Source: Octopus bimaculoides
Lineage: Eukaryota
Length of the DNA: 41,214 bases
NCBI RefSeq assembly: GCF_001194135.2
Contig: NC_068983.1
Coordinates: 143,840,508 to 143,881,721 of the forward strand
Direction: 5' to 3'
Shown in pieces: positions 1-11,229 of this stretch. Made by a program: the position numbers and the translations under genes. The notes beneath the pieces were generated by a model. The model was not told where the DNA came from and did not search any database. It worked only from the letters and a program-made list of their open reading frames with translations. Numbering within the stretch: position 1 is the first letter of the stretch; each line of letters opens with the position of its first letter.

Positions 1-133
1 TATATATATGCACTATAATAAAGGGTAAAAATCATTAATGATTTTACCAGGTGGTCAGCGCGGAAATAAAAACCTCATAGGTAAATTTTAGAAACTATTT
101 TATTATTATAAACATAATTGTATATAGGCAAGA

Positions 134-191
134 AAAAGAAAGATAATGAATCAAACTTTTGGTTAACCGTTTGATTCATTATCTTTCTTTT
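134..191. repeat. Perfect 23-bp inverted repeat with 12-nt spacer
   Basis: aaaagaaagataatgaatcaaac (134-156) / gtttgattcattatctttctttt (169-191). Confidence 0.95.
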
Positions 192-1177
192 GCTCGCCTA
201 CAGCTTAGTGTGTTATTCTCGGAGATTTTAAGGTGGTAATAGTGTCTTCTGGCGTCTATTTTTACAGTGCGTGGTGAGGTGTATAGCCAATCCCTTGTTA
301 TAATCATGTCTATATATATATGTACTTGGAAATGGATGCGTGGCGTTCAATCAAATAATATAAATAATATATATATATATGTATATATATACGCACATAT
401 GTACATATATGGGTACAGGACGTCACAAAACGTAAACAACATGAAATACGAAAATATCGTTGGGTACGCAAAGAACGAGAGAAACAACGAAAAACAAGAC
501 AAGTAACATAAAAAATGACCCTTCATCAGTTGTCGGCTGTCCTTCTACTCCTTATTTCGAGCAATGAACGACAAGATAAGACTTTGAAGGCAGTTGCTCC
601 TGCGAACCAAAATAAAATTTGGGATTGCGGAGGGTCAAATTTGGTAACAAAAACAGAGGACAAACGATAGAACAAAACAAAACAAATGCAAACAGGGAGG
701 GCCGTTAGCCTCAGACGAGGTAAGGAAGCGAACGCTGGAAGAAAATTCTTTGATAAGAGAAAAGATAGAAGAGGAGACAGATAGGAATGCGTCTGAATTG
801 CACAACAGACTGAAGGAAAAGAAAGATGGTCACGTGAGAAAGGGAAAGGTGGACGATGGTCACGTATGAGCAACGAGAGTGAGAGTAAAGGAGGAAGAGG
901 GAGAGAGAGAGAGACAGACAGATAGAAAATGGTGACGGGGCGAAAAAAGAATTAGAGAAAGGATATGTATATGTAAGTATGCATGAATGTAAGTATATAT
1001 GTATGTATGCATGTATGTATGTATACATGTATGTATGTATGTATGCATGCATGTATGTATTCTTTTCTTTCCTTTCCTGAGCGTCCAATAACACAGTACT
1101 TGTACCACGTTCCCGCGTTGTTGTTTTCTTGCTTGTTCTTGTTTGGATTGACTGTATATGTATATGCATAGATATAT

Positions 1178-1236
<59 letters not shown>
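1178..1236. repeat. (CA)n microsatellite bordering a gap; similar (CA)n at about 2841-2930, 9788-9837, 15764-15830, 19037-19089, 30132-30207 and (TG)n at 37250-37342
   Basis: Read directly from the sequence. Confidence 0.97.
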
Positions 1237-2117
1237 NNNNNNNNNNNNNNNNNNNNNNNNNNNNNNNNNNNNNNNNNNNNNNNNNNNNNNNNNNNNNNNN
1301 NNNNNNNNNNNNNNNNNNNNNNNNNNNNNNNNNNNNNNNNNNNNNNNNNNNNNNNNNNNNNNNNNNNNNNNNNNNNNNNNNNNNNNNNNNNNNNNNNNNN
1401 NNNNNNNNNNNNNNNNNNNNNNNNNNNNNNNNNNNNNNNNNNNNNNNNNNNNNNNNNNNNNNNNNNNNNNNNNNNNNNNNNNNNNNNNNNNNNNNNNNNN
1501 NNNNNNNNNNNNNNNNNNNNNNNNNNNNNNNNNNNNNNNNNNNNNNNNNNNNNNNNNNNNNNNNNNNNNNNNNNNNNNNNNNNNNNNNNNNNNNNNNNNN
1601 NNNNNNNNNNNNNNNNNNNNNNNNNNNNNNNNNNNNNNNNNNNNNNNNNNNNNNNNNNNNNNNNNNNNNNNNNNNNNNNNNNNNNNNNNNNNNNNNNNNN
1701 NNNNNNNNNNNNNNNNNNNNNNNNNNNNNNNNNNNNNNNNNNNNNNNNNNNNNNNNNNNNNNNNNNNNNNNNNNNNNNNNNNNNNNNNNNNNNNNNNNNN
1801 NNNNNNNNNNNNNNNNNNNNNNNNNNNNNNNNNNNNNNNNNNNNNNNNNNNNNNNNNNNNNNNNNNNNNNNNNNNNNNNNNNNNNNNNNNNNNNNNNNNN
1901 NNNNNNNNNNNNNNNNNNNNNNNNNNNNNNNNNNNNNNNNNNNNNNNNNNNNNNNNNNNNNNNNNNNNNNNNNNNNNNNNNNNNNNNNNNNNNNNNNNNN
2001 NNNNNNNNNNNNNACTTTATCGTGCAGTTACTGTTAATACTTCATTTAGAGAATTAACATTGCTTGTTTTCACCTTTTCAATATCAGTGAAGAATTTCAC
2101 TGGAAAAGAAGATATAA

Positions 2118-2348
2118 GTTTGCCAGGTGTTTGTCTCTCTCACCAAGGTCATCAGCTGTCGAACGCCGACGAAGGGAAATAACCCTGAAATCCGGATACG
2201 TTCGTGCTGCTGATCGAGGTGAGAGGGATAACTTCCCTTGGCAAACAGGACACAGTCGTGTGTCGATAAGCCAGCTGGAGGAGATGTCCTCCTGGGGCTA
2301 AAAGCAACAGTAACATCCACCCCTAGGGGTCAGCCACACTTAAGTGGC
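2118..2348 (+). mobile_element. Short highly structured repeat carrying the hammerhead (retrozyme-like or non-autonomous PLE derivative)
   Basis: GC-richer island in AT DNA. Extended stem I (gtttgcca/tggcaaac, ctctcacc/ggtgagag, atcagc/gctgat) plus hairpins gacaca/tgtgtc, ggagga/tcctcc, palindrome acccctaggggt and gccac/gtggc. Confidence 0.55.
2160..2204 (+). ncRNA. Type I hammerhead ribozyme motif (core CCGACGA...GAAA, GUA-equivalent site AUA, palindromic stem III)
   Basis: Stem I cgaacg(2160-65)/cgttcg(2199-2204); core CCGACGA 2166-72; stem II aggg/ccct with loop aaataa; GAAA 2187-90; stem III palindrome ATCCGGAT 2190-97; H17 = A2198. The only deviation from the consensus core is U4C. Confidence 0.8.
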
Positions 2349-2558
2349 AATATACTACACTATATATATATTCAGGTTAAAGTTATCCTTACATCAAACC
2401 ATAACAAATCAAGATAAACTATAACTTAAAAAACAGCAAGAAAAAAAAAAAGAAAAAAGCGGACTGCAGTGTTTCAGTACGTAAGCAGTATGATGTCTAT
2501 TGCATTGATTGATCTACTATTTATGGTATTAAGAAGCAAAAGGAAAAAATATTGAAGT

Positions 2559-2739
2559 TTATGCAAACAGTGATTCAAAAAATGTCAATGGGGCACGAAG
2601 ATCTTGCATTTTATACTTTTCCTTCTTCTCGTTCCACTTTTTTGCATCAACCTTATCCACGTTTTCCTTCTCGTTTTTTCTCTCATATTTTCTCATAGTT
2701 CTCATGGTTTTCAGAAAAGTATCACCGTATGCACTGAAC
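2559..2739 (-). CDS. Probable terminal coding exon of an unidentified minus-strand gene: (R)FSAYGDTFLKTMRTMRKYERKNEKENVDKVDAKKWNEKKEKYKMQDLRAPLTFFESLFA*
   Basis: Minus-strand acceptor caatctttcag|G at 2740/2739, then 1 nt plus 60 open codons ending in TAA (2561-2559). Protein-like composition. Starts in phase 2, compatible with exon 15579-15644. Product not recognised. Confidence 0.6.
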
Positions 2740-2840
2740 CTGAAAGATTGCTTGGCATGTTCCTGTTATTATATATAAGGCTGCCAAATTACTGTATCTC
2801 TATAGCATGAAACTGTTAGTAGTTCCTTTTTAAATTCTAT

Positions 2841-2881
<41 letters not shown>

Positions 2882-2891
2882 NNNNNNNNNN

Positions 2892-2935
<44 letters not shown>

Positions 2936-3710
2936 GTATACGTATACACATAATGCATATCGAGCACGCTTACTGTAATAAATATTTTGGTATGTATGGT
3001 CAAGCTTCCATTTTCTTTTTATATTAAATAGATTTAACTATGAGATATCTTGAAATATCAGCATAGAGATATGAATAATTTTTGTCTCTACCCTTTGAGT
3101 TCTCAAACATTTTTTAAAACACACACAGTCTTTATTTGTATTCATGAGAAGTATTTTTTCATCGTTAGTGTACAAACATGCTTGTAAGTGTCTTTAAAAT
3201 ATTTTTTTATTGATGATTGTGAAATTCGTGTCAGCATTGTAACAACTTTTTTTACATTCTGTTTGGTTGTATCTAAAACAGACGTCATTTCATTTTATTA
3301 TTTCTCACATAATTTGACATTTTTAAAGATTCGTAATCAGTTAGAGCTTTGCCTTAGAAGATGATAAACATGTCTAATTCAACTTGCTAATCTCGAGGTC
3401 ACCAGAAACTTACATGTATGTTAAACACTAATCTTTGTTTCGATATCTATGTCAATATTTCTATTTTTTGTGCTTAGATTAAAGCATGTCATATTTTCCT
3501 ATGTACACTTACATACATACATACATACATACATGCACACATCGACACGTGCGCGCACATACACACTCTCATACGAACGTGGAATGCGCTCAATACGTTT
3601 TGTTGATTATATAGATTATTGAAACCGAATGTTTATCCTGCGACTATTTAATAGCTCTTTAACGTACACGTTTGAAGAGGCCTTAAAAAAGAATCGTGAA
3701 TAAGCTATGT

Positions 3711-3761
<51 letters not shown>

Positions 3762-3840
3762 ATATATAAGTAAATCAGAAATATTTAAACAAAAACTGGA
3801 AAAAAAACAACAATAAAACTCAATTAGACGTACACAGATT

Positions 3841-3955
3841 GGTACTCAGTGGAAGTTTTAGATGGGAAAATACGAGTGAAAATGACGTTCCAAGCATGGC
3901 TCCTCGTCAGAAGACAAAAAAAGTTCAGAGAGGATGAAAAGGTGGAAGTAGCAGA
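3841..3955 (-). mobile_element. Decayed PLE-type short repeat with degenerate hammerhead
   Basis: Minus strand CTGACGA G GAGC cat GCTT GGAA CGTC (GAAA mutated, stem I lost), followed by CTGAGTACC. Same layout as 6381-6510 (CTGAGCACC). Confidence 0.4.
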
Positions 3956-4004
3956 TACATACATAAAACTATATGTGTGTGTGTGTGTGCGTGTGCGCGC
4001 GTTT

Positions 4005-4600
4005 CATTTCTTTTTACTTGCTTCAGCCTGTAAGCTGTGGGCAAGCTGAGGCACTACCTTTGGTGTTGTTAGAGTTTTACTGATTCTCCTTTAGTTGACA
4101 TTTGGTGAATGAAAGAGTTCGAAGTTATGCTTCTTGTCACGAATTGGGCTCATCTAGGACTCTAGACGGTAGATGACCCAGTTGAATTTTGAAGTACATT
4201 CATACCATGTAAGTTCCTTCACTCTTTCAGTAGGATATCGAAAAGTTGCTGTATTTCGTCCTAAATCTGGATCGCGATGGTATTCTTGGTACTATGCAGT
4301 GGGGCCCTCTTTTGGATTATATAGCTTTCAATCCTTCCAGGATCTCCCAGATATATATTACTGTATATTTTGCCCATCTTCGACGTAGTGAGTAGAGAAT
4401 TTACTTTTTCAGTCTTTCCCAGTAGTCGATCTGTTGCATTGAGGCAGTCTTCTTCGTGTAACAGCATTTGATTACTTCAAGTTCCGCCATTAATTTTAGT
4501 TGGGAGCAATAATCTAGACAGCTGAGGACAAATGTCCCCCGCAGGACTATCATGGTTTCCTGCCTTCGTGTTCTGAAAGTTCTTAGAATCCATCTGACCG
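4005..4600 (-). mobile_element. CR1/L2-group LINE 3' fragment (RT C-terminus, decayed)
   Basis: Frameshifted translation WILRTFRTRRQETMIVLRGTFVLSCLDYCSQ...ELE...DYWERLKK matches the CR1-group pattern LDYCSxxW...YxERLxxL. Confidence 0.8.
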
Positions 4601-4965
4601 ACTGCACGCACACGCACACACACATACACACACACACACACAGAGTTTATTTTGTTAGACATTAATCAGTGCAAACTTGGTGTTAGAAGTGTTCACAATT
4701 TGGTATATGTTTATTCAAGTGTAAGATATACAAGGATTATGATTCGAACCAGAGTTTCGTTCAAAAGGCCAGTTCGGGAATATAATCACTATTTGCTTTG
4801 TTTATTTATTTATTTATTTATTTATGTGTTTCAGCCAAGTGGCTGCGGTCATATAAAAATTCTCAGATTCTACGTACTTATGTAAGATGATATCGAACAT
4901 TTTTATGCTTTTGTACACACACACACACACAGATCGNNNNNNNNNNNNNNNNNNNNNNNNNNNNN

Positions 4966-4996
<31 letters not shown>

Positions 4997-5985
4997 GCAC
5001 ACACACCCAGTTTGTAATGGTGATTTAACCAGCTTCAGCATATAGTTTTTATATCTCCCTGTTTACCATTAAAATGAAATATGGTTTTAATAAAAATAAC
5101 TAAAAATTTAAATGTAGTGTAAATGTAATTGTTTAGTAGAAAAGTAAAATTTTCGATGCTTCGGGCGCAAGCTCTCTCTCAAGATATGAAAAAAAAAAAA
5201 AAAAAAAGAAAAACATAATGAAAGCAAAATCTATGTGTTGTTATACAGAAATCATAGTCATCATTAAGGAAGGAAGTGAGGAAGTATTTTCTGAACAGAG
5301 AGGAGTGGAGATAGATGGTGAGCAGAAACGTCAGCCTAGCAAAAAAATTTATTAGTAGTGGCAGAGTCGTTGTGTCATGTGTTTGTTAGTCATTGTGCCT
5401 TATGTGTGGGTGCTACAGTATGTATGAGTAGTGTGGGTACTTGTACATCTGTATGCACCGAACTGAGGTAAATGCCAGCCATTTTGCATCATTTTCCATA
5501 TCACACACCTCCTCAGTTTCGAAAATCATCCCTTTACTAATCTAACGGAATAATCTAATCTGAATTTGACGCTTATAATCTGAATTGAGTTTGAATATAT
5601 GCCGAAACCACAAAACAGTCAATTAAGATGTGAGGCACGTTCCGGCTGAATTCATTATCCGAAGAAACGGCTGTTTACTTATAGCAGCACTACTGTAAAG
5701 GCCATGCGTCTTTCAGTTGAATTCTGTGGTATTTGTCAGAAGAATGATCAAATCGAAAATAGCTATTTATTAATGATACAATTTAGTCAGGCCAAAGTTA
5801 GAATTTGTTGACCGGAAAAGCAACAGAATAGTAAAGAATGTCATTACATACGCCTACTTTATATTGTAAAACTGGTTTTCTTGATTGTTTCTTCTTATTT
5901 ACGTCTCCACTGATCGGCAGCTTCATGCTTAAACCATTTCGCTTCATGAAATTGTTAACATGATCAGCGCATGCCTTTTCTATAA

Positions 5986-6033
<48 letters not shown>

Positions 6034-6406
6034 NNNNNNNNNNNNNNNNNNNNNNNNNNNNNNNNNNNNNNNNNNNNNNNNNNNNNNNNNNNNNNNNNNN
6101 NNNNNNNNNNNNNNNNNNNNNNNNNNNNNNNNNNNNNNNNNNNNNNNNNNNNNNNNNNNNNNNNNNNNNNNNNNNNNNNNNNNNNNNNNNNNNNNNNNNN
6201 NNNNNNNNNNNNNNNNNNNNNNNNNNNNNNNNNNNNNNNNNNNNNNNNNNNNNNNNNNNNNNNNNNNNNNNNNNNNNNNNNNNNNNNNNNNNNNNNNNNN
6301 NNNNNNNCCCCCCCCCCCCAAAAAAAAAACAAACACAAAAAGCAACAACGCGAGTACGGGGTACATGTAATGTATTAGCAGGTGCTCAGGAAAGGAAAGA
6401 AAGATG

Positions 6407-6442
6407 GCTTAACGTTTCGAGCAGACGCTCTTCTTCGGAAAC
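6407..6442 (-). ncRNA. Minimal PLE-type type I hammerhead motif
   Basis: Minus strand reads GTTT CCGAAGA A GAGC gtct GCTC GAAA CGT T AAGC: 4-bp stem I (one G.U), 4-bp stem II, ACGT palindromic stem III, U4C core. Confidence 0.65.
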
Positions 6443-6619
6443 AGAGGAAAGTTCAATAGAAGGGAAGACGGAGGAAGAAAATCGTCAACGATTCACATGT
6501 GGCTACACTATATATACATATATACACACGCACACAACAAACCTCCACGTACACACATACATATATTCGTGTAAAAGCACATATATAGTCATTGACATTA
6601 ATGTTACTATTATTGCTAG

Positions 6620-6840
6620 GGCGGTGAGCTGGCAGAATCGTTAGCATACTGGACATATGCTTAGCGACATTTCATCCGTCTTTACGTCCTGAGTTCAAAT
6701 TTCACCGAGGTCGACTTTGCCTTTCATCATTTCAGAGTCGAGAAAATGAGTACTAGTTAAGAACTGGGTCGATGTAATCGACTTACCTCCTCTCTCAAAA
6801 TTGCTGGCCTTGCGCTAAAATTTGAAACCAAGATTATTAT
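6620..6840 (+). mobile_element. tRNA-derived SINE, family B
   Basis: ggcggtgagctggcagaatcgttagc...gagttcaaat...gtcgatgtaatcgact...tttgaaacca. Homologous to the copies at 15972-16397, 27408-27545 and 35792-36008. Confidence 0.85.
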
Positions 6841-6976
6841 TATCACTAAAATAATAAGTAATAGCAATATTTCGCTAAAATATGTACTAGCAGTAGACTG
6901 AAGTCAGTTTATTAATTTGTCACGCATTCCCAAGCTTATAGATTTGTGCTTACGTTAGAAAAGATTATTATAACTA

Positions 6977-7013
6977 CTAGCAGCAAGACCGCCCCCGGGC
7001 GGTTTTCTGCTAG
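6977..7013. repeat. GC-rich CTAG-bounded hairpin
   Basis: ctagcagcaagaccgccc / gggcggttttctgctag, near-perfect fold-back. Confidence 0.85.
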
Positions 7014-7278
7014 CACCTTTATAATATTTTCACATTTGATTCCTATTTCTAATAATTTCTATATTTTACGTCTAATTATTTCTTTGTATAATTGTGCTCA
7101 CTTGCTTAGTAAATATCGCTTTCATTATTTTTTCACCGTCATAATCTCTCTTTTTTAAACAAACATCACGGTAGTTCAATAACATAGGGAGAAGCAGTTT
7201 GTCAAGTTTTACCTTCTCCTCAGAGCAACATAGGGATTTCAATTCAGCAGCCCATTTGTAAACTTTGCAGTGTGTGTG

Positions 7279-7280
<2 letters not shown>

Positions 7281-7341
<61 letters not shown>
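7281..7341. repeat. (AG)n microsatellite; others at about 16892-16933, 18700-18738, 28587-28629 (CT)n
   Basis: Read directly from the sequence. Confidence 0.97.
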
Positions 7342-9784
7342 NNNNNNNNNNNNNNNNNNNNNNNNNNNNNNNNNNNNNNNNNNNNNNNNNNNNNNNNNNN
7401 NNNNNNNNNNNNNNNNNNNNNNNNNNNNNNNNNNNNNNNNNNNNNNNNNNNNNNNNNNNNNNNNNNNNNNNNNNNNNNNNNNNNNNNNNNNNNNNNNNNN
7501 NNNNNNNNNNNNNNNNNNNNNNNNNNNNNNNNNNNNNNNNNNNNNNNNNNNNNNNNNNNNNNNNNNNNNNNNNNNNNNNNNNNNNNNNNNNNNNNNNNNN
7601 NNNNNNNNNNNNNNNNNNNNNNNNNNNNNNNNNNNNNNNNNNNNNNNNNNNNNNNNNNNNNNNNNNNNNNNNNNNNNNNNNNNNNNNNNNNNNNNNNNNN
7701 NNNNTTACACCCCCTCTCTTATCACCCTACTTCGAACCTATTTTGGCCAATTTTTTTTTGCACTTCAAAACCATGGGAAGAGCATTTTCGGTAAAAAATA
7801 AAAAATAAAAAGGTTGTTAAGAGGGAAAAGTGATTTAAGGGCGATTTGGCTGTTGTTTCTAGCACATCCAAAGACAACCCTCCTCGTTTCTTTATCACTC
7901 TCGCATGTATGAACGTTTTTCAATATTTTTCCCCATAAATACATTTATTTGCTATAAAAAAGAAAATTTGAGAGATTATGAATTTTAGGCAACCCCACTC
8001 ACTGCCCCCGATTGTTTCTGTTTAGAAATTAAAATATTGGAGAGCCTTAGAAGGTCATTGCTGCCATTTATCCACAGTGATTTAAAAAAAAATTATGGAG
8101 ATATACTTGTATAGCAAGTGACTTGATCTGAAATTGTGTGCTGAAACAAAAACAATTGCAGCGTGGAAGGTGTTTGTAAACCATTCAAGAACACACAAAT
8201 ACCGTTAGTTTAACTTCAACATTAAAACTTCATTTGTGTCGAAATATGTTTGTCGCTTTGAAACCGCGATCTGTTCATTGATAAAACTTCACAAAAGGGA
8301 TATAGCACGAAGTTTTGTCAATGAACAGCAAACACACACACATACATACACACACATACACACACGCACGCACGCCCACACACACACGCACACACACATT
8401 CATTGCCTTTCCTTTGTGTGTATGTGTATCTACGTGTGTTCGAGTGTGTATTGGTGTGTGTGTGTTACTGTTGACGTTGTGTTTGGAAACTGTGAATAAG
8501 GTGCAAGTTTCGAGTACTTGTCGGTAACTTTTTGTTTTTTTCTCGTCGTCTTTTAATTGTGATTACCCAGCTATTTAGGCTCTTCCCACAGCTATCCCGC
8601 GTTCAAAAATTATACATGTAATTTATAAAATTTTCATTTAATAAATAATGTTTTTATATTACGTATACATTAATAGCGAATTAAAACTTAAAAGAGAAAG
8701 TGAGAAGCTATGGAAATGAAAATGGAATACTCCGCAGTGAATGCAATGAATATTTAAATTTGTGATGAATTGGACGCAGTGAATACTTAAGTTTGCGAGA
8801 AATTGGAGTTAAAAAAATTCAATAAACTTTAGAAATCGAAATTATAGGAAATTTTTTAGAACATGAATTTATGAAAATATTTCCAGACGGTCAACCCTTT
8901 AATAATTGCTTTCTTTTAGTACTTTTAGCAATTGTTACATACCTAATAAATACGCAGCTTTCTCCATTGTAGTATAGATTATTATTAGTATTAATGTAAA
9001 TACCACTGGTACCGTGTTTGCCTTTCATCTTTACTGTGCTTAATAATTGAAAGTTAAATATCTATGTTAGCGTTTGAAATTATTTAGCAGAAAGGTGGTG
9101 TATTAGTAAAATCGTTAGAATGCAGGACAAAATACTCTGCAATATTTGTTCCTATTGTGTACATTTTGAGTTCAAACACCAGTGGTCAACTTTATTAGAA
9201 ACAATCTAATCATTTTAAACAATACGGATGAAATGTTTAGGTGGTTCCTGCCCGCTAACAAAATGCTCTCAAAGGAAAGATAAAGAAGTATATAATTTTA
9301 AAATTATGTCAATGGCTGTATGTTTGTGCATAGACACACACGCACATACACGCGCATATTTATTCATGGCCATATTTAGGCATGTGAATGTATGCGAGCA
9401 CGTATACTTGAGCGTGCATGTATTTATGTATGTATGTATGTATGTGCGTATGTATATATACATACAGTAGAAAGAAAGAATGAAGAAGCAAACAACTGGT
9501 GTCAATATATCTACTTAATGTATGTATGTAGTTGAAACTCTAGAAGCTGCGATTTTCGTCCAGGAAAATCCTTTTATAGGTGTATTGTGCTAAAAAAAAC
9601 ACAATATACTTCAGAGTAGGTGAAGTGAAATTACTCCAGAAGTGTTAGCGAGACCGTCAGGTATGTATTTCGCCGTTGTTGCAGCTTCTTAATACACATA
9701 ATCGAGTCAGTTTGTCTGAAGTATATAGGAATAGTAGAGTATACACTAAACGCTGGTAGGCATTAGGGCTTAATCGGTGACTAC

Positions 9785-9837
<53 letters not shown>

Positions 9838-10744
9838 NNNNNNNNNNNNNNNNNNNNNNNNNNNNNNNNNNNNNNNNNNNNNNNNNNNNNNNNNNNNNNN
9901 NNNNNNNNNNNNNNNNNNNNNNNNNNNNNNNNNNNNNNNNNNNNNNNNNNNNNNNNNNNNNNNNNNNNNNNNNNNNNNNNNNNNNNNNNNNNNNNNNNNN
10001 NNNNNNNNNNNNNNNNNNNNNNNNNNNNNNNNNNNNNNNNNNNNNNNNNNNNNNNNNNNNNNNNNNNNNNNNNNNNNNNNNNNNNNNNNNNNNNNNNNNN
10101 NNNNNNNNNNNNNNNNNNNNNNNNNNNNNNNNNNNNNNNNNNNNNNNNNNNNNNNNNNNNNNNNNNNNNNNNNNNNNNNNNNNNNNNNNNNNNNNNNNNN
10201 NNNNNNNNNNNNNNNNNNNNNNNNNNNNNNNNNNNNNNNNNNNNNNNNNNNNNNNNNNNNNNNNNNNNNNNNNNNNNNNNNNNNNNNNNNNNNNNNNNNN
10301 NNNNNNNNNNNNNNNNNNNNNNNNNNNNNNNNNNNNNNNNNNNNNNNNNNNNNNNNNNNNNNNNNNNNNNNNNNNNNNNNNNNNNNNNNNNNNNNNNNNN
10401 NNNNNNNNNNNNNNNNNNNNNNNNNNNNNNNNNNNNNNNNNNNNNNNNNNNNNNNNNNNNNNNNNNNNNNNNNNNNNNNNNNNNNNNNNNNNNNNNNNNN
10501 NNNNNNNNNNNNNNNNNNNNNNNNNNNNNNNNNNNNNNNNNNNNNNNNNNNNNNNNNNNNNNNNNNNNNNNNNNNNNNNNNNNNNNNNNNNNNNNNNNNN
10601 NNNNNNNNNNNNNNNNNNNNNNNNNNNNNNNNNNNNNNNNNNNNNNNNNNNNNNNNNNNNNNNNNNNNNNNNNNNNNNNNNNNNNNNNNNNNNNNNNNNN
10701 NNNNNNNNNNNNNNNNNNNNNNNNNNNNNNNNNNNNNNNNNNNN

Positions 10745-11095
10745 TTGGATTGCGGCCATGCTGGAGCGCTTAAAGAATTTTAGTCGAATTAATCGACCCC
10801 AGGACTTATTCTTTGTAACTTTTGCTGAACCGCTTGGTTACGGGGACGTAGACACACCAAAATTGGTTGTCAAGAGATGGTAGTAGTGGTGGGGGGAAGG
10901 GGAAGGAGGCAAACGCAGACACAAAGACATACACATAGATATACGGGTTTCTTTCAGTTTCCGTCTACCAAATCCATTCATAAGGCTTCGGTCGACTCCG
11001 AAGCTATAGTAGAAGACACTTACCCAAAATGCCACGCCGTGGGACTGAACCCGGAACCATGTGGTTGGGAAGCAAGCTTCTTTATTACATAAATT
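10745..11095 (-). mobile_element. tRNA-derived SINE, family C (3' end in gap)
   Basis: Minus strand ...cttcccaaccacatggttccgggttcagtcccac...gtaagtgtcttctactatagc...; homologous to 34890-35252. Confidence 0.8.
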
Positions 11096-11229
11096 GGCTA
11101 TGGAAGCCGTACATAGATGGGACAAACAAGGACAGACAGACATAGAGGGCGAAGAAGTTGCTTATTACGAATGAAACAGTTTCGAATGATAAAAAATAAT
11201 GTCATGCTGTTAAAAATTATATCCTTTTC

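Noticed and set aside
510-570. CTGATGA on the minus strand (529-523) with GAAA nearby
   Set aside because: No stem II-closing GAAA downstream, and a type II arrangement fails because stems I, II and III do not pair.
7072-7281. Minus-strand 69-aa ORF (VYKWAAELK...IFTKQ) with a gtgagc donor
   Set aside because: Weak AAG acceptor, phases incompatible with the flanking inferred exons, and it probably lies within a repeat.
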